Virus record (IMG/VR): IMGVR_UViG_3300037088_000882
Coordinates: 28,413-92,412 of that record
Length of the DNA: 64,000 nt
Reading direction: 5' to 3' (one strand)
DNA from: a virus
Part shown: positions 60,076-64,000 of the stretch, in pieces
Position numbering within the stretch: the first letter of the stretch is position 1
How the letters are laid out: the number at the start of each line of letters is the position of its first letter
Program-made: the position numbers and the translations under genes
Notes under the pieces: model-generated
Seen by the model: the letters and a program-made list of their open reading frames with translations, nothing else
Told to the model about the DNA's origin: nothing
The model's database searches: none

Positions 60076-60379
60076 TATATTTTTTTAAAAAAATAATTTA
60101 TACTCGATTTCATGTATAAGAGTGTATAATTTGTTATAAATAATTTTAAAGATAAATTTGCACTTAAGTTATTTTTATGCTATATTAAGGTCTAATAGTT
60201 TATCTCTATAGGTTTTTTACTTATTTGTTTTTCAAAGGAGTTTTATATGTAATCGCAAAATGTTTACTCGCTTCATTTGTGTAATAGCCAGTTGGGTCGG
60301 GCCATTAAGTGTCCCATTAATACTGACAGGCTAACGTTTTAAGATCACTAAACGCAAAACAACTAACAAGGAGTCTATC

Positions 60380-60985
60380 ATGGTTTCTCTATCCGCCCTC
60401 ATTGACTTACACGCCTCTTTTGACACTCAGTACGGAATCGGTAACAATCTCATTCATTATCTTGCTCAACTTCGAACTACTCAGAATTTTGATTTTGAAG
60501 GTATAAAACAGCTCTTTATTACCCGTCAAAGCCCACAAAGATTTGATGAGTTTAATTTAAAAGTAGCTCCTATGGATATATCTCTTTTAAAAAAGAGACT
60601 TGTACTTCCTGCAAGTGATAATGAAATTTACCGAATTGTTATGTCAGAGGATCCGACAATCCCAGAATTGGAACTCTTTTCTTTTAAATGCCCTGGCTGG
60701 TCGAATTTATTTGCCCTGAAATGGTATTTGGTGCATCACATGGATAAGGCTAAGGCCTTTACTGGGTTTCTTCCCTATGGCTCTCCTGTAGTAGCCTTTG
60801 TAAATTCTTTGAGATCTAAACCTCGAAACATCCCGATGAACCCAGATTATGCAGATCATGTGTACTTGCAGACAATTAGTAATCAGGAGGCCTTGACTTT
60901 TAATATGCCTTCAATCGAAATAAATAATATTATGTATCTTAAAGGATTGAAGTATACAAAGGCTGAAAAAGAAATATCTGAATAA
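60380..60985 (+). CDS. hypothetical protein
   Basis: SD AAGGAG. Confidence 0.65.
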   Translation: MVSLSALIDLHASFDTQYGIGNNLIHYLAQLRTTQNFDFEGIKQLFITRQSPQRFDEFNLKVAPMDISLLKKRLVLPASDNEIYRIVMSEDPTIPELELFSFKCPGWSNLFALKWYLVHHMDKAKAFTGFLPYGSPVVAFVNSLRSKPRNIPMNPDYADHVYLQTISNQEALTFNMPSIEINNIMYLKGLKYTKAEKEISE

Positions 60986-60991
60986 TTTTTC

Positions 60992-61020
60992 TTGACTTTA
61001 CTTTTTAAAACAGTTATAAT
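60992..61020 (+). promoter_or_regulatory. sigma70 promoter of tRNA array 4
   Basis: TTGACT-17 nt-TATAAT, 6 nt before the leader ATG. Confidence 0.88.
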
Positions 61021-61026
61021 TATACC

Positions 61027-61104
61027 ATGTTAAAAAATACGTTAAACACAATTATAGGTACGGTCGGGATAAGTGAACGTAAGGTAGGAGGATTTCTAAC
61101 CTGA
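61027..61104 (+). CDS. leader peptide 4: MLKNTLNTIIGTVGISERKVGGFLT
   Basis: 25-aa apparently leaderless ORF; CCTGACAGGGCCT pairs with the terminator 5' strand AGGCCCCGTCAGG. Confidence 0.8.
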   Translation: MLKNTLNTIIGTVGISERKVGGFLT

Positions 61105-61134
61105 CAGGGCCTGTATTGTATAAAAAGTAAGTTC

Positions 61135-61170
61135 AAGGCCCCGTCAGGAAACCGACGGGGCCTTTTTTAT
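61135..61170 (+). terminator. attenuator terminator 4
   Basis: AAGGCCCCGTC-AGGAAACC-GACGGGGCCTT followed by U tract. Confidence 0.92.
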
Positions 61171-61215
61171 TGTTTGTTCTTTTACATTGTTGTTCGAATT
61201 AAGAAGCACCTTTAT

Positions 61216-61288
61216 GGTCCGTTCGTCTAGTGGTTAGGACATGAGATTTTCATTCTCAAGATCACCAGTTCAATCCTGGTACGGACTA
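61216..61288 (+). tRNA. tRNA-Glu(TTC)
   Basis: TGAGA-TTTTCAT-TCTCA; GTCTAGTGG D arm; no CCA. Confidence 0.9.
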
Positions 61289-61292
61289 TTAC

Positions 61293-61367
61293 GGCTCTAT
61301 CGTCTAACGGCTAGGACGAAGGTTTTTCGAACCTTAGACTGGAGTTCAACTCTCCATAGAGCTACCA
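61293..61367 (+). tRNA. tRNA-Glu(TTC), second divergent copy
   Basis: AAGGT-TTTTCGA-ACCTT; CCA. Confidence 0.85.
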
Positions 61368-61457
61368 ATTTAACCCTTGTTGCATAGACTTGGGTTCAGC
61401 TCCTTAATAGGAGTTGTGAGTTGAAATAGGTAAGAACTGACACGCTGCCAGGAATAT

Positions 61458-61538
61458 AGGGTAGTACCGAGCCGCTCTTATAAGGCGGATAGTCGTAATG
61501 GTATGTGGAAGATATGAGTTCAAGTCTCATCTACCCTA
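61458..61538 (+). tRNA. D-armless tRNA-Ile(TAT)-like RNA
   Basis: AGGGTAG/CTACCCT-A acceptor, CCGCT-CTTATAA-GGCGG, T arm ATGAG-TTCAAGT-CTCAT; about 25-nt variable region. Confidence 0.6.
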
Positions 61539-61579
61539 CTTTTCTTTTTATATTAAGATTAAATTTCAGTATAATTAGC

Positions 61580-61918
61580 ATGTCTGTAAGAGCTGTTATA
61601 ACATCAGGTGGTAAAGACCTTACTATATCTTTTAGTGAGCCTTTATTTATAGGTAGTGGGCTTTATTTTAATGTTGAAGAAAGAATAAAAGAAATTTGTT
61701 ATTCTTTTATTTCAAAACCTAATACTGTAGAGAATCGACAAATATTAGCCTCGGCTATAACTCAATTTTTATATCAAATGCTGGCACAAGACTATTTAAC
61801 AATGAATGGCATTTTTGGGAATCCCCAACTTCAAGATATTCTTATAGATAAGACACAAAGTCCCTTGTTTAAACTAAATTCTCGGTATGATCTTTTATTA
61901 AGAAACCCTTCTTTATAG
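61580..61918 (+). CDS. hypothetical protein (start MSVRA)
   Basis: The longer ORF call overlaps the tRNA-like element. Confidence 0.55.
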   Translation: MSVRAVITSGGKDLTISFSEPLFIGSGLYFNVEERIKEICYSFISKPNTVENRQILASAITQFLYQMLAQDYLTMNGIFGNPQLQDILIDKTQSPLFKLNSRYDLLLRNPSL

Positions 61919-61926
61919 GAGTTTAC

Positions 61927-62499
61927 TTGAAACGTATAGGTTTTATAGGTGTTCCTGGATCTGGTAAATCTTGTGTCGCCCGTGGTCTGGCTGCTCGAGG
62001 GTATGAGAAATTAAATAAGATCGAGCTTGTTTCTGAGTATGCAAGACGTTTTATAGCAAAATATGGTACAGTTGACGTAAGTGACCAATATAAAATAATG
62101 CAGAAGCAGCTTGAGTGGGAAGACGTGATTCCCCAAGATAAAACTGATGTACTTATTACGGATAGCCCTGTATTTCTAGGATTTCTTTATGCTTTAAATT
62201 TAAGAGACTCGAATAATGCGAAAGACGTTATGTATATCAATGACATTTTTAAACGTATGAGTAAACTGAATTGTCCAAATAGGTACGATATAATATTCCA
62301 TCTGCCTCCAATATGGAAACCTGTCCAGGACGGGGTTCGTCCACAGGATCATTTTGACGATACCTGGAGAAATGAAGCGGATAACCTATTACAGTTTATT
62401 TTTAAGCTTTTTCCTCCTAAGCATTTTGTGACCTTAAAGACAGACACTTTAGATCTCAGAATAAATGAATGCCTCGAAATATCAGAAAAATACCTTTAG
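61927..62499 (+). CDS. NadR-type/AAA_28 P-loop kinase
   Basis: GVPGSGKS, SEYAR, ITD and DGVR motifs. Confidence 0.8.
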   Translation: MKRIGFIGVPGSGKSCVARGLAARGYEKLNKIELVSEYARRFIAKYGTVDVSDQYKIMQKQLEWEDVIPQDKTDVLITDSPVFLGFLYALNLRDSNNAKDVMYINDIFKRMSKLNCPNRYDIIFHLPPIWKPVQDGVRPQDHFDDTWRNEADNLLQFIFKLFPPKHFVTLKTDTLDLRINECLEISEKYL

Positions 62500-62538
62500 A
62501 CTAATCCGCCAATTCTGTATAATACAATCAGGAGGATT

Positions 62539-63024
62539 ATGGGAACTGAATACTATCTATACAATCATGCCAATGCTACTTATTATGAGTTAGGTAAGGG
62601 CCCTTTTGGAGCACATATTATAGACACCCATAAAAAGGATCTCTATAATGCTGAGGCTTTTTTAGATGTTTTGAAAAAAGAATGGAATAGCTTTTCTACT
62701 TCTGTGCCCGAAGATGATCGGATAAAATATTTCACCCTTATCGCTCAGGATCTTCAAGCTTTTGTGAAAGACACACCCGAAGATCAGATTCAGTGTTTTG
62801 GGGATAACGGTGATGAGGATTTGTGGGCAGATTGGCTTAAATATGAATTTGTAGGAACACGGTATGGTTTAGGGTCTCCTGACCATGAGACTTACATGAA
62901 AGAAATGAAGAATCGTATTTTGGAAGATCAGGTCGAAGCAGACCTCACTTTAGATTTCAGTGAGCGTGAAATAAAAATCATGAAAGTAGAAGGCTGGAAT
63001 TTTAAACACCGGGAATCAGCATGA
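62539..63024 (+). CDS. hypothetical protein
   Basis: SD AGGAGG. Confidence 0.65.
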   Translation: MGTEYYLYNHANATYYELGKGPFGAHIIDTHKKDLYNAEAFLDVLKKEWNSFSTSVPEDDRIKYFTLIAQDLQAFVKDTPEDQIQCFGDNGDEDLWADWLKYEFVGTRYGLGSPDHETYMKEMKNRILEDQVEADLTLDFSEREIKIMKVEGWNFKHRESA

Positions 63025-63260
63025 AGATACATTGTATCGGACATAGACTTACAAAAAACTTTGCTTGGGAATTAGCTTATTTTAATTTCATCCGAAAATT
63101 TTCAGATGGCATTACATTCTTTAATTTCTTAATTGATTTTGACCTATTCAAAGAAGACCACAACCCTCAATTTAGAATTTGTTTAACTGTACTTAATACA
63201 GTAATTTTTGAGTTCCAAATATATAATACCAATCATATTCCCGAGGAGCTTTATGTCTAA
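63021..63260 (+). CDS. hypothetical protein
   Basis: ORF track. Confidence 0.5.
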   Translation: MKIHCIGHRLTKNFAWELAYFNFIRKFSDGITFFNFLIDFDLFKEDHNPQFRICLTVLNTVIFEFQIYNTNHIPEELYV

Positions 63261-63699
63261 GTCCTTTATCTTAATGCTTATTGCCGTTAGTTTTTGTTTT
63301 GCAGATTCAGATAGCCTTCCCAATCCTTCATTATCGCCTGGGGATACAATCCCAGGTGCTGGGGCCTTGCTCTGTACTCCTGGGTATTCTAAGTCAGTTC
63401 GTCATGTATCTGGATCGACTAAGCATAAGGTTTATGAAGAGTATGGTATTACGAGCCGTAAGCCAGCAGAATACGAAGTCGATCACCTTATCTCCCTCGA
63501 GCTGGGGGGTAGTAATGACATCCAGAATCTATGGCCTCAGAGTTATGTAACTCAACCTTGGAATGCACATAAGAAGGATGTTCTGGAAAATAAATTGCAT
63601 CAATTGGTATGCTCGGGTCAGATTCCTTTGCATCAGGCTCAGTATGAGATTGCACATGATTGGATTGCAGCTTATAAAAAGTATGTGGGAAATAAATAG
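63253..63699 (+). CDS. secreted HNH-like nuclease
   Basis: Signal peptide; EVDHLISLELGGSNDIQNLW..HKKD. Confidence 0.7.
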   Translation: MSKSFILMLIAVSFCFADSDSLPNPSLSPGDTIPGAGALLCTPGYSKSVRHVSGSTKHKVYEEYGITSRKPAEYEVDHLISLELGGSNDIQNLWPQSYVTQPWNAHKKDVLENKLHQLVCSGQIPLHQAQYEIAHDWIAAYKKYVGNK

Positions 63700-64000
63700 G
63701 TGTTTTATGTTTAGACTTCAAGCAATGCGTTATTTGACAACAGAATCTTTAAGACACTTAGACCAAGCCCCAGCACTTAAAGAGCCTGAATATGTGATAG
63801 TCTTATCTTACATTGCAACACTTAAAAGTTTAGAGAAAAAAATATTTCTTAAATGTTTGGATAAAGAGAATAGCCGCATATATAAGGCTTATTTAAAAAT
63901 TGAAGAAGAAATAAATAAGGAGAAAGAACAAAGAGAATTTTTAAAACGAGAAAAGCGTAAAAAGGCTAAGGAGAAAAAAGAGAAGGCCTTTTCTAAAATA

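Noticed and set aside
60285-60354. Possible riboswitch upstream of 60380
   Set aside because: Only a weak TAGCC/GGCTA closing stem and no recognisable aptamer.
1-64000. Stop-codon reassignment or suppressor tRNA
   Set aside because: Long genes are intact in code 11, TAG and TGA are used as stops, and no CTA, TTA or TCA anticodon was found.
1-64000. CRISPR array or cas genes
   Set aside because: No regularly spaced direct repeats or Cas motifs seen.

Overview
AT-rich, gene-dense segment of a large (jumbo-type) bacteriophage genome using the standard genetic code. It contains four tRNA arrays (about 20 canonical tRNAs plus several non-canonical tRNA-like RNAs), tRNA maturation/repair enzymes (CCA-adding enzyme, Thg1, RNA ligase), NAD-salvage genes, a vWA/PP2C/kinase set, baseplate/tail genes and a replication module (SNF2 helicase, DnaB, intein-containing PolA). 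It also has two DNA methyltransferases, one with an intein. Main finding: each of the four tRNA arrays is preceded by a near-consensus sigma70 promoter, a 25-32 aa leader ORF too short for the ORF track, and a terminator whose 5' strand can alternatively pair with the 3' end of the leader ORF. In three of the four, the leader codons match the tRNA species encoded downstream, down to the Ser isoacceptor. This looks like ribosome-mediated attenuation that switches on phage tRNA operons when those tRNAs run short. Two circularly permuted tRNA-like (YrlA-like) RNAs and a D-armless tRNA(UAU) were also found. All calls come from reading motifs by eye; no database searches were run.
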